DNA of 64,000 nucleotides, taken from NCBI RefSeq assembly GCF_000143415.4, contig NW_003314261.1, positions 6,480,817 through 6,544,816 on the forward strand, given 5' to 3'. Under the pieces are notes generated by a model, which worked only from the letters and a program-made list of their open reading frames with translations, had not been told where the DNA came from and made no database searches. Shown piece after piece: positions 28,446-40,425 of this stretch (positions within the stretch are counted from its first letter, which is position 1; every line of letters starts with the position of its first letter). The translations under genes were made by a program, and so were the position numbers. This DNA comes from Selaginella moellendorffii (taxonomy: Eukaryota; Plantae; Lycopodiophyta).

Positions 28446-31261
28446 TTAATGAATCTCACCTTGAACCCGGGTTATGAATGCTCTTGCTACATCTCTTGCA
28501 TGGTCTGGCAAGGTGATGGTGGCACTCTGCTTCCGCATCCAACCATGCACAACATTACTCACCGATATGCTCATGCTGGGATCCCTTGGATTCAGCACCC
28601 ATCTCTTTTCTAGGCAATCCTTCGTATATCCGGAACTTGGCTTGAACCACTCCACAGTTACATTGAAGGAGTTAGTTTCCGCGTCCTCCTCTGCATCAGT
28701 GATGCAGTGCCCCACACATATCATTTGTTTATTACTGGGTCTGACAAGCACGACCATTCCTTTGCAGACCTGTACTGGATTGAATGCTGAATCCGGATTT
28801 TTGTTCCTCGGCCCACAATAGTGATCCTCAACATCGTTATCTGTCACTGCATTTCTAGAGGACATTGTTCCGCTACTATCTGGTGCTCTGGGTTCTGGCC
28901 AAAAGGACTCTTCCAATTCTTCATATACAACCGGCCCATTTTGGATAGCAGATATAATCTTCTCCCAGTATTCGAGTAAAGGCTTGCACCTCTTAAAATA
29001 GGATTCTCCACCAAACACCAACCCCCTCTTCCAGAAGGCAATATGCTATCTAATCCCGGCCACTATACTTTCCTGGTCTTTGAGTCCATCCGGGTGCATC
29101 AGCCGTGGGGAACCCTGAGGAATCATAGGTTCCCCAGTTATGGGATCTCTCTTGAAGAGTTTAATGCCGTCCACTGGCAGCCACACTGTGTCCCATTCTC
29201 TCATCTTGTACCTCATCACTAGAGCACCGTCACGCATGCTGAAATGAAATTGAAGAGGCTTGGAGTGGCCAATCAGCATTTCGGATCCGTCCCTGATGTA
29301 GCCTCTTACAAACCCCTTAAAGTCTGGAACCTCTGTCACAAGTGCAGCTTCAACAGTGCCTTTGATGCAATTTTGGAATTCATCGTAGAGTTGTGGGAGG
29401 GTGAGGACATTGGATCGCCGGAGGGACTCTGCCAGGTGACTGAACATGGCATCGACGTCTTCATGAGTGTGCCCAACCATGAGAAAGCCAAGTGTAACCG
29501 TTTCAAATATGCCTTTGGCAACAAGCATCGCCAAGTACGCGAAGACGTACATGTTTTTGTTCTCACTGCCAGCATTGTCTGTTTGGAGCAGAAGATGGGG
29601 TGGAAGGCCACATCGGCCGCAAGAACTTCCTTGAGATTCTGCTTCGTTTGGATGAGGCTGTGCATTCACCGGGCGACCAGCCTCGTCGGAATGGCATGAG
29701 GCCTCACGTGATAACCCTACAATCTGACGGCCAACATATTCACTGGGATGGCATGGGGCCCCACGTGATACTGCAAGCCTTTGCTCCTCCTCCAGCTGAA
29801 CCCTGTATGGGGTTCGATCGACAAGGGCCTTATGCAAGGGTTGGCCGTTCAGCTCAGTCTGCGCACTTTGCAGAGACCTTAAGTGTTTTGCTAGGGACGC
29901 AATCATCATGTTTGCACCCCCGCCACCCCATAGAGGTACAAAGAAGTTCCCATAGTTCTGGGCACCATGCCCATGAGCGATTATGCCAAACAGAGACACA
30001 GGCAGCTGCATGGATGAAGAGATTGCCTTGGGGGCAGGATTGAGTCGAGGTAAGCACGTCTTTTTCTGGTCCATTTTGTCGTGGATGATGCAGAGGTAAG
30101 AGTCAGGTCTCTCCATGGAGAGAATCCTGTTATGATAATATGCAGTCCTGCAGCTTCTCTGCTCGATGTTGTGGTCGAGCCGCCTTCTAACCAACGTCTC
30201 TCGCTCTTGAGCGCTGCAAGAATTCTTCGACAAAGCCATTTTGATAGCAGTGCACTCGTCACACTTTGAAAAGCTGGAGTACTTTCCTATACTCACATCC
30301 CTGAACCTGTTGCTCCACAATCTACTAAATCTAGATTGGCTCAGCTTCCTGTAGCCATTACTCTGGAGTTCCCGATTCACATCTTCCAATATGGCCCCCT
30401 TGGTATACATGGAAGGGAGAACTCATTGGGTGTCTCGAGTTCCATCTTCCAAGAGGCGGGTTTTATGTGGTTGCTGCTCGCTACATGTCTCGACAAACCT
30501 CTTGAAGATTGCCTCTCCATATACAACATGACCCCTGGTTTTGTGAGTACCGTCGTTCCCATGGATTGCCTGTTGAACCCTTTGTTCCTCGAACTCAGTT
30601 TTGATTCTGTAGAATGTGGTTCAAGGGACTCCATAAATGATTCTCCATGCCTTCATGCAGACCAAACCCCTCTGGAAGACCATGCCCCCCACCTGATGTT
30701 CTGAAGCATCAACAGATGACCGTAATACACAAAATTGCGAGCTACCTTCCAGGACAATGTCTTGTATCTTGCTCTCTCCTCTTCAATAGCATCCCAATCA
30801 GCATATTCACAGCACCTCCTCTTGCAACAAGCAACTGTTGAGACCATTCGAACCTCCATCGCCATTTTCTGCCTTTTCAGTTCGTTGCTCAGATCCCTTT
30901 GGCTGCGCTTTAGGAAGGTGTACTTTCTTTTCCCATGAAGAGATGTTCTGTCATCAGTTGTAGTGGTGTTTGATTGTGAATCCTTCACATTCTCAAACAC
31001 TAAGTGCCTCAATTTCCACCGCACAATGCTTCCAATAGTCAGATTGTTTTCTTTTGTGTCAACAACCTCTAAAATCGCAACTCCAATATCATCCCAGCCC
31101 AATTCTTGATTAGCAACCGCATCTCTTGGATCGACAACTGTGGCTAAACCCTCAGCTACCACCTCCCCCTCGGGGTTGTTTAGAAACACCTTTGCCTGAA
31201 TCCATGTAGCACGGTTCTTAAGATCCACGGAGGGAACATGCGTCGCACTTGCGGAGGCCAT
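28446..31261 (-). pseudogene. Transposase of copy 1, disrupted by a frameshift at ~30726 and a stop at 29046
   Basis: ORFs 30653-31261, 29046-30410 and 28446-29021 join into a protein near-identical to the 907-aa ORF of copy 2. Retains the natural N-terminus MASASATH. Confidence 0.9.
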
Positions 31262-31799
31262 TCTGAAAGTGCAGAAAAGAAGTTAAGACCATACAAAAAA
31301 TGATTGGAGAATGGCCTAAATCATAACATACCAAACAACCTCAATAGCATGAGGCCTCATGCCATCTTGATATACACACAGCTGCAGGCAAGTAAAAACA
31401 TACATGACAATACGCTAGCCATGAAATTGCAAGGGCCCAAGATGGCATGTGGCCTCATGCCATTTCTAAATGTGGTCCTAAGCCATTCCATGGTGAACAT
31501 ACCAGGAAGCACAAGTGCCGAATATCAAGAGGAAGCGGTAGCCACACCAAAGACAGTGCCGCTTGCAACACCGCAACTACTCATAGCGCCGCTCGCAACA
31601 CTGCAACTGCTCGTAGCGCCGCTCGCACAAACTGCCACTCGCATAAACTGTCGCTCGCAATGGCGCTCGCAATGCCGCAACCGCTCGTAGATGCATAAAC
31701 CACAGCTCACAACGCCGCTTACACAAGTAGCGCTCACTGCGCTCAGCGGAACCAAGAACACAGCGCACAAAAATGATAGACCTAGGAATGAGTTCGAGA

Positions 31800-33720
31800 A
31801 TTCAAAAATAACACACGCTTGAACGTCACATCAAATCCTCTGACAAACCAGATCTTATGATTCCTTTGACAAATTTCAAACTGAGTAGCTTCTAGACTTT
31901 GCTGTCGGAGGTTGAACTTTGTCACATCATGTCCTTGCCTCGATCCAGCTGTGCCATGTCAATGATTCGAACTTTGCCATGCCATGTCAGCGATCCGCAC
32001 CAAGATTATTCGCCGTGTAAAGGAATAATTATGCTGTGTGTGTATGTCCATTTATGGCAATATAAGGCCACACGCCATTCAAAGAATAATGCTAGTCAAG
32101 CATTTTTTGGTGCATTTTTGGGTTCAAAATTGCATGAGCCCACACGCTATAAAGTTTACCTGTACCAAAAATAGAAACAGCTTTATTTACTTGGGAATTT
32201 AAGTGGTTGAGGCATTTTTAAATTTACAAACACATGCCCTACTTACATTCCTTTGGTTGCTTAAAATTCAAAAATATTATAAACCTTTCTTTTTGCATTT
32301 TCAATGTTTTCAATTATGGTTTTTGATTTTCGCAGGATTAGCCTAGTAATCTATTTGCATCTCGTCATGTTTATAGCTAGCTTTCGTTTGTCCCCTTCGT
32401 TAGCCTGAGATACATCTGCTCAGCATCTGCCTCTTACAGCATTTGCCCAGAAAGGGCATCTTTCTTCACGCAGCATTTGCCACATATTTAGGGTTTAGGG
32501 TTTAGGGTTTAGCAATTCAGTAGCTTGATGCAAAATCCTTTGATATGTCACAATGCCCCTAGGACCATAAACACATTTCAATAGAGAGGGTCCTTTCATT
32601 TTATAACTCCTTACGTAGATCTTAGTGAAACCAGAGTTTGTGAAGTTAGTTTCTTGTGATCCCGCATCTGATTGTGATGTCCCTTTGAAGTGTCGATGGA
32701 AAGGTCAATGCACACCAAACTGTAAAATCTTGGAGCAAAATAACGGTCGGATCTATGGCAAATGCCCCTGAAACATTGTAAGGCTCGTGTGGTCTCATGT
32801 GGTGTCCGATCGAGATGCTTCTTTGCAGGGTCATCAAGAAAGGCATTGTATACCATTCTGTAAAATCTAGTTGCGATCTAACAGTTGGATCTCCAGAAAA
32901 CACAACAAAATCTCGCGTGTGTTAGAATATTCTAGGAATATACTCCTATGTGCCCCTGAAAATGGCATGCGGCCCCACGCTATTCAAGAGATAACGCCAG
33001 ATGACGCTGAGCATTTTTTGGTGCATTTTTTGGGATCAAAATTGCATGAGCCCACACGCTTGAACGTCACATCAAATCCTCTGACAAACCAGATCTTATA
33101 ATTCCTCTGACAAATTTCAAACTGAGTAGCTTCTAGACTTTGCTGTCGAACGTTGAACTTTGTCACATCATGTCCTTGCCTCGATCCAGCTATGCCATGT
33201 CAGTGATTCGAACTTTGCCATGCCATGTTAGCGATCCGCGCCAAGATTATTCGCCGTGTAACTGCTCGGCATCTGCCTCTTACAGCATTTGCCCAGAAAG
33301 GGCATCTTTCTTCACGCAGCATTTGCCACTTATTTAGGGTTTAGGGTTTAGGGTTTAGCAATTCAGTAGCTTGATAAACATGCAAATACAGAACTTGATG
33401 CAAAATCCTTTGATACGTCAGGACCATAAACACATTTCAATAGAGAGGGTCCTTTCATTTCATAACTCCTTACGTAGATCTTGGTGAAACCAGAGTTAGT
33501 GAAGTTGGTTTCTTGTGATCCCGCTTCTGATTGTGATGTCCCTTTGCAGTGTCGATGGAAAGGTCAATGCACACCAAACTGTAGAATCTTGGAGCAAAAT
33601 AACGGTCGGATCTATGGCAAATGCCCCTGAAACATTGTAAGGCTCGTGTGGTCTCATGTGGTGTCCGATCGAGATGCTTCTTTGCAGGGTCATCAAGAAG
33701 GACATTGTATACCATTCTTT
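31800..33720. repeat. Internally duplicated non-coding block of the transposon, with (TTTAGGG)3 tracts
   Basis: 31813-32018 repeats at ~33053-33260 and 32415-32860 repeats at ~33262-33718. Telomere-type repeats at 32487-32512 and 33333-33358. Confidence 0.85.
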
Positions 33721-34379
33721 ATTTAGCTGAAAATCTGGCATTTTTGGAAATACAAGATGCTTTGGAATATCCAATCATGCATGGTATAAATATAGCGAGG
33801 GTATTAAATGATATCCCAATCATGATCTTTCTTTTGGATTTCGCGTGTATGCAGTCCGAGGAATGATGACGTTGCGGATTTCTTTTGGATTTCACGTGCA
33901 TGCATGCGCGCGGCGATCCAGAAATTAATGGTGGCGCCCAAGTCCGAGGAATGATGACGTTGCGGGATTACCAACCGTCGTGACATTTCGCGCGTGTGAG
34001 GTTAGGTTTTGCATTTTGCTTCGTACTCGCGCTCGCATCGCGCTCCCACTCGCGATCACGCTCATATTTGCGCTCATCTACCTTCTCTACAGCTTTCTCG
34101 TGTGCATCGGCGTCCACTCGTGCTTGCATCACACTCGCGCTCGCATCGCGCTCGTTTGCATCGGTGTCCACTTCAAGACACACCCAGTTTGTAACTTCGC
34201 CGCCAACTTCGCCGCCCACTCCGCCACCCACACGCAGCCCACTTGGCGTCTCGGGAGATTTCAGCGCCACTCTCCAACTGTAAGTGGCAGAGTAGCCTTG
34301 CTGCTACGATCCGCTGCACACACAGTGCACATTCGCCAGCGAGTCCGGCCTCGATTGTCACGCCTCCATTCGGCTTCAA

Positions 34380-37300
34380 ATGGTAAGTCTTTTAGGCCAA
34401 GTAGAAAATGGCATGAGGCCACATGCCATTCAGTAGCAACATTGGCATGCACCAATTGGGCTCTCAAGTGCAGTCCGGTTACAGATGGCATGTAGCCTCA
34501 CGCCATCTTAGGATGCAGCCTCAAGACATCTGATGTAGTGGTGAATAGCGTATGGCCTCACGTTATTTCCAGCTGCTAGCTTTTCATCTGTCAGCTCTAA
34601 TTGTTGTGCATTTCTGAACAGGCGAGGAATTGCGTTCTTCTTCCAGCCACTGTCAATGTGGATGTAGAGAAGGGGGAGGAGCTCACCAGTTGGACTTTCG
34701 GGATGGAAGGCGAGGATCTGAGGCTGTACAACACAGATGGTGGGAGAAAAGAATGCATGGGGATCCTCATCCAAGTGACAGACACTCCATGCAGTTCCAT
34801 GCAAGAATATGGACTAGCACTTGTGGTAGAGACAGCGTCTGCCTTCAAGATCCACCTTGCACATCCTAGTGGCTTCCCGGAGGGGGGCAGCGGCTATGAG
34901 GAATTCCTAGAGGGAGATAGGGAGAGGTTGTCTAGGAGGCCCACAATTTCAAAGATGCTGCGGGTCTATGAAGATCACATGGAATCCACGGACCTCACCT
35001 ACGGCGATGTTCAAAAACTATATTCCAACATTGAGCCATTGAGAGTGCCTCCAGTTCGCGAAGCGAAGGGGAAGGGGGTCGATCTGGAAACTACCCCGAA
35101 GCAGAAAAGGGTGGTCAAGCTCAAGCCGACGTCCGACTCTCCTACTCCAAAAAAGAAGCTACTCGGTGATGCCATTGCCTCGAGTTCGAACACTACACCC
35201 ACCAAAAAGAAGAGCCGCAAAGAGCAGAAAGAGCAAGAAGAGGCAGCAAAAATCGTCGCAGATAATAGTACTTGTTACTATTCCAACAAAGTATATACAA
35301 TCGATGTGAGCCGTATCGACATCCAAAGCAAATACAACCACAAGCTAGTATCTGATGAGTGGGTGGAGAAACTGAAGCAGAAGATGCTGGCAAGTCCAGT
35401 AACACCCGACATCGCAGACGTGATCCCCTACTACCGAACAATGAAGGGCAAGACGAGGTTTCCAGACTTGATCAATAGGAAGGTGTTGGACGATCAGAAC
35501 ATCCGGTTCTATGCCGTCTCCGGGCAGCATTCTAGCTTGGTGATGCAAGAGATAGTTGTGGATATTATGGTGGGCGAGGAGGTGAAGAAAGTCTTCAAGA
35601 CAAGAGTTGTCCGCCTGATAAAAGGCAACTCGCCCCTCCGATCTATCATATACATCTCCCACGCACAGAATGTCAAGCAAGAAACGTGCTACAAATCGGG
35701 TCTGCACGAGACATTGGCACGAACACGGAAGCTCTGGGTTCAACTAAAGAAGCCACAAAAACCAGGACAAGGACGTGCACTAGCAACTAGCGCCTAGCAG
35801 GTAAGCCTCGTTGCATGTGGCATAGCATGTGGCCTCACGCCATTTCCATTGCAGAAATTCTCGAGTCTTCTCTCGAAAACACTGGGGGTCAATGACACAC
35901 TCAGCATCCATAACATTCTACTCGCGACAAAAGTTGTTTTTGACAAATGGGTAGATGTGCTGAGGAGGTACCATGACGGGGAGTTGCTAAACTCAATGGG
36001 TGTGGAGGATGGCCGGAAGCCCAATGATTTGAAGCTCAACGCCTTGCGTTTCTCGCGGTCTCTAGACGACGACGACCTTTTGACAGTGGCTAATGCTCTT
36101 CTACGTGGTGAGGTAGTCTTCAACAAGACCAAAATGACTCCCGGCCATATTGTGACATACGAGGACTTGTGCACGACTCAGAGAGCTCGTGCGCTATTGA
36201 AGGATTGGATCTTCGAGCAAGTGGCCGTGGAGAGGGTGAGCATCGACACCACGCAAGAGATGATGGAAGAGCTGGAGTTGTCAAATGAAGACATCGACGA
36301 GTACGTGAAGGGGGCCCCCAAGTTCATCGATCTGCTGCGGGATGCCACGAAAAGTAAAGCTGAGAAGTTGGATCAGTATCCAAATTTCATTAAGATTGAT
36401 GTCGACCGCCGGCTTCAGAAACAGCTCGACCCCGCAGCAGAGGCATATCGAGAACCTTACCGGGTATACGTGAATTCGGATGAGGATCAAAGGTGGAGGA
36501 GCATCGTTTCCCGCGGAGATGAGCAGGTCAAGAACATCTTTTGTGTGATGGACTTCACAAACGAGGAGATCACTCATGCAGACGAAGTCAGCTCCATCAT
36601 TGACTTAATGGTGGGACTTGCGGAGGTGGAATCTTCAGTCCACTATATGATCTACGACTCCGAATCCTATCACAAGTTCTAGAAGGCCTTGAATGAGGTG
36701 AAGGCTCGGTTGAAAGGCAAGGAGATGCGGGAGATCCATGGGATAATGGCTAAGAAGAAGATACCGACGAATGTCCGCATCTTCACACTCGCCCTTATTA
36801 TTGGTCCTGCAGCAGAGTGGGACTGGAGTGACTTCCTAGCTTCGTTCGACAAGGCCGATCGAATTGATCTGAGGGAGGTCAATTTACCCATGCCTGAGGA
36901 ACTAAAGACGGCTATGGAGCTTTCGAATCCAGAGAAAGCTCCAAGTGCAGCATGGGAAATGCTCAGCTGGGTCTTCAATGCAATAGCGGGTGGGTCACCT
37001 GCTTCCGACTCCAAGGGCAAATGCATTGTCGAGTACAACTGCGGCGGACTATTCTTTCGAGCCGCACTACTCAAGGGTGTCCCGTGTGTTGCGGTGACAA
37101 ACTCCATTGAAGAGGTGACTTCAATGGAGCATATAATTATAGTTGCCAAAGAAAACCAATATCTTCTCTGCGAACCTAATGAGTACGCACTTTAAGTTTA
37201 AATGTTATCTCACAAGCTTTGTATGCAGGAGCATGGCCACCCCCAGATGCTGAAACGGCGTTAACAACTACTGTTGAAGATACCCATGTTGGGCCGAGCT

Positions 37301-38432
37301 CACAACCTGCACAAGGTAAGGTCACGTGAGGCCTCACGCCATTTTGATTATAGATCGTTGTGAATATTCAGACACGAGGACTGAAAAGCGCACTGGTGGC
37401 GCGTCGAAGAAGGACAAACAGACAAGCGATAGGAAAAAAGGAGGTATAAATTATATTTGCAATGCCGTGTGGTCTCATGCCATTCCTTGCAGGAGACACT
37501 TCTTCAAAGGCAAAACAGGCAAGCACCAGCCAAGCTCAAACTGACAGTGGTCATAGAAAGCGAAAGCACGTTGGACAGTCGTCGGGATCAGAGGCGTTTG
37601 ATTCGAAAAGGAAGAAGGGCAACGAAAAGATGATAGGTAATGCCTCGCGGTTATGGCGTGTGTGCTCATGCCATTCATTGCAGATCAAGGGCTGAGTGAA
37701 AGCAGCCAGTCACCACCTCCTGACTCAGATTCCTATGGCGGACTCCCCTTCCCCAATCTCAATGGAGAGGTACAATGGATGAGGGATGCTTTTCAAGTCA
37801 GGGCCACGTTTTTCTCATCTTGTCGTCTTCGAAGGGTGCAAGAACGTGCAGAAACCATGTTAAGACAGTCGGGTGAGGATACGGTCCTAGGTCACGCACT
37901 AAAACAGGCTATGGATGTCTTGTATTTTGAGATGGAGACTCGGCCAGATGATTTTCCCAAGATGGTCCTGGAAGAACAAGCCATCCAGCCTGAGCAGCCT
38001 ATGGAAGAAATGCAGGAAGGGGATGAGGAGCCAGAGAAAGATAATGAGCAGGAAGAGCAGAAGGACGAAGAGGAGGACAAAGAAGAGGAGGATGAAGAAG
38101 AGGAGGACGAAGAGGACTTGGATGGTCCTCACAATGTTGACGATCACAATATCAACGACGACGATGATGACGACGATGGCCAGCCTGAGGTGGCCAAAGA
38201 GCAGCGGAGGAAGGTCATACAAGACAAACCATCAAGTAAATAATAGTACATCCATTCCTAACCTTTTACCATTTCTACAATTGTCCATGTAGGTCGCAGA
38301 GCAAATGGTAAGTAGAGATTATTCAGTTGAATTAAGATACAAACTCTAGCCTTTAGTGTCGAGGAAGGATAGTGCCAAGCAAGGGTCGAAACGTATGTCC
38401 AATCCTTAAGAATCAGCAGTGCGCCCAAGTGA
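34380..38432 (+). pseudogene. Transposon accessory gene A, copy 1: ParB/Srx-like domain + degenerate N6/N4 DNA-methyltransferase-like fold + acidic tail (multi-exon)
   Basis: ATG|GTAAGT at 34380, then exons 34622-35800 and 35855-37178 followed by short exons. Motifs VYTIDVSRI...FYAVSGQHS, VKNIFCVMDFTN and NPEKAP...KCIVEYNCGGLFFRAALLKGVPCVAV. Stops at 35795 and 36680 correspond to TGG in copy 2. Confidence 0.7.
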
Positions 38433-38560
38433 TATCGGTCCTAGTTCCTCAATAGCAGTTGGTGGTAAATACAATATAGTCGATTCAATGTGCTAATGAG
38501 TTTGTTTTTAGTAGCCAGTAGGGAGGATACCATCTCAATCGAAGGGAGATATTTGGGCAT

Positions 38561-39983
38561 ATGGATCCGCCAGTGGACTCTACTTGCCTACAAGAGTCAT
38601 TAGAGCTGGTGGAGGCTACTATCCATATCAACACCAAGCAAGCTGACCACGCTCCACTTGATGCTGCCCATACCACTGAGTCAATCTTGTCCACGTATCC
38701 AACTGACGGTGACCAGGCGCTATTGAACCCGCATGAGGCCACCCCAGCCGCCGAGCCGGTCATATCCTCATTTCCAACAGACTCAACGTGTGCCCAATCG
38801 TCTGACTACGCGCCGTTGGAACCTCCCTACACCGCCCCTGCTGCCTGTTCGGTCATGTCCACTTTGCCAACGGAGGCACCAGCTGAAATGGCGTGTGATC
38901 ACACGCCATCGGAACCACCCCATGCCACTGTTGAGCCAGTTGTACCAGAGTCTACAGCTGAAATGGCATGTGCCCACACGCCATCGGATGCGATTGACCC
39001 CACATTGCAGAGGAGAGTATTTCCGCCCTTCACGTTTTCTCGACCAAAACCCTCTCAACGACCATCGGGAGCACCATTCGCTAATATTGTAGATGGTAAA
39101 ATTGACTTGTACCATTTTTTATGCTGACGCATTTCATTTCAGAGTCACAGTGAAGGTACTATATCGTTTTTGATCTGAACGGTGTCCTTTTCTCCCATGA
39201 GCGTGGCTCATCCTCGAATGTCACTGCACCCTCTAAAGCCTGCGGTCGCAAGTTGGTCAAAAGAGACAGATTCACATTAATCACACGGGAGAAACTGCGG
39301 GATTTAATAATGACCATGCGACACTTAAAACAGAGGGCCGGGTTCAATTTGCAATTGGGAGTTTGGACATCCATGATGCGCCACAATGCATTAACATTGC
39401 TACAAATGATGCACGATCAGACGCGAGTAATATTACCATTTGACTTTCTCCTAACGCAGGAGGATTGCTTGACTATGGTCCATGTGAGGGGTAGCAAGCC
39501 CATCTTCGTCAAGCCAGAGGCTGTAGTGATGAACCGGACTGTTAGGTCAAGTGAAATCCTCATCATCGATGACTCGCCGATTAAAACTGCGGCGAACACG
39601 CACACATATGCAGTGCACCCCATCTCTTGCAGTATGGAAACTAGGGAGAAGAAACCGTATGTTCTGGGGGACCTTGCAAAACGGCTTGGAGCGATGGTGA
39701 TAGAGAACCGGCTAGTCCAGGAGGTAACTGCAGAAATCAACCAAATGGCAGATGGAACGGTATATCAGAAGCTATTTGATCGGACAGACACCAGCCATCA
39801 TTTATGGCATATATATTGTCTAGCCAAGCACTATCCGCATCTCCATAATCTGCTCAACTAGATGGGTTCTTTGACCACTGAACATGAGCGTGGACGTATT
39901 AGAGAAGAGATGGCATTACTATTGGGTTTAAATCCTGATAGTGTGGAGAGTGATGAAATTCCAAGATTATTGTATAGGCGTTG
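38561..39983 (+). pseudogene. Transposon accessory gene B, copy 1: FCP1/NIF-type HAD phosphatase, interrupted by copy 2
   Basis: Pro/Thr-rich exon 1, intron ~39095-39142, then IVFDLNGVLF, LGVWTS and ILIIDDSPIKTAAN. Contains premature stops; the last codons resume at 52836. Confidence 0.8.
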
Positions 39984-40425
39984 AAGCTCTATTTCGTTAA
40001 AGTGGGAATTGTCATTATCCCACTTGTAAAATAAGGTTTCCAAACCTTTATATAGTATATAAATATAACAAAATTCAACTGCATTGAGGCACATGCCATT
40101 TTATTTTAAACAAGGAAATGTCTACTCAATCACTTCTCCTCCCCCTGCCACTGCTTCACCTCTCTCTTCTCCTTGTCATCGTCGTCCAATTTCTTTCCAT
40201 CCTTTTAATATTGGCTCAGTTGCTCCGAGTCTAGGTGGAGCCCAAGTCCCCATTCAATCTTTACTTTCCCATTATTAATAAAACAACTTCGTAGACTTCC
40301 AATAACATGCTGTAACACTTCTAATATAATGCAAATCCTCTCAAAGAATTGTCTTTTAATATTAATACAATGGCATGGAACCCCATGCCATAATAAGTTA
40401 CATTTTTAAATAAATACATGCCATC

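Noticed and set aside
32611-33774. Repeated 81-92 aa ORFs (MVYNVLLDDPAKKH...) as genes
   Set aside because: They recur only because the block is duplicated; no recognisable motifs, and overlapping frames are similarly open.
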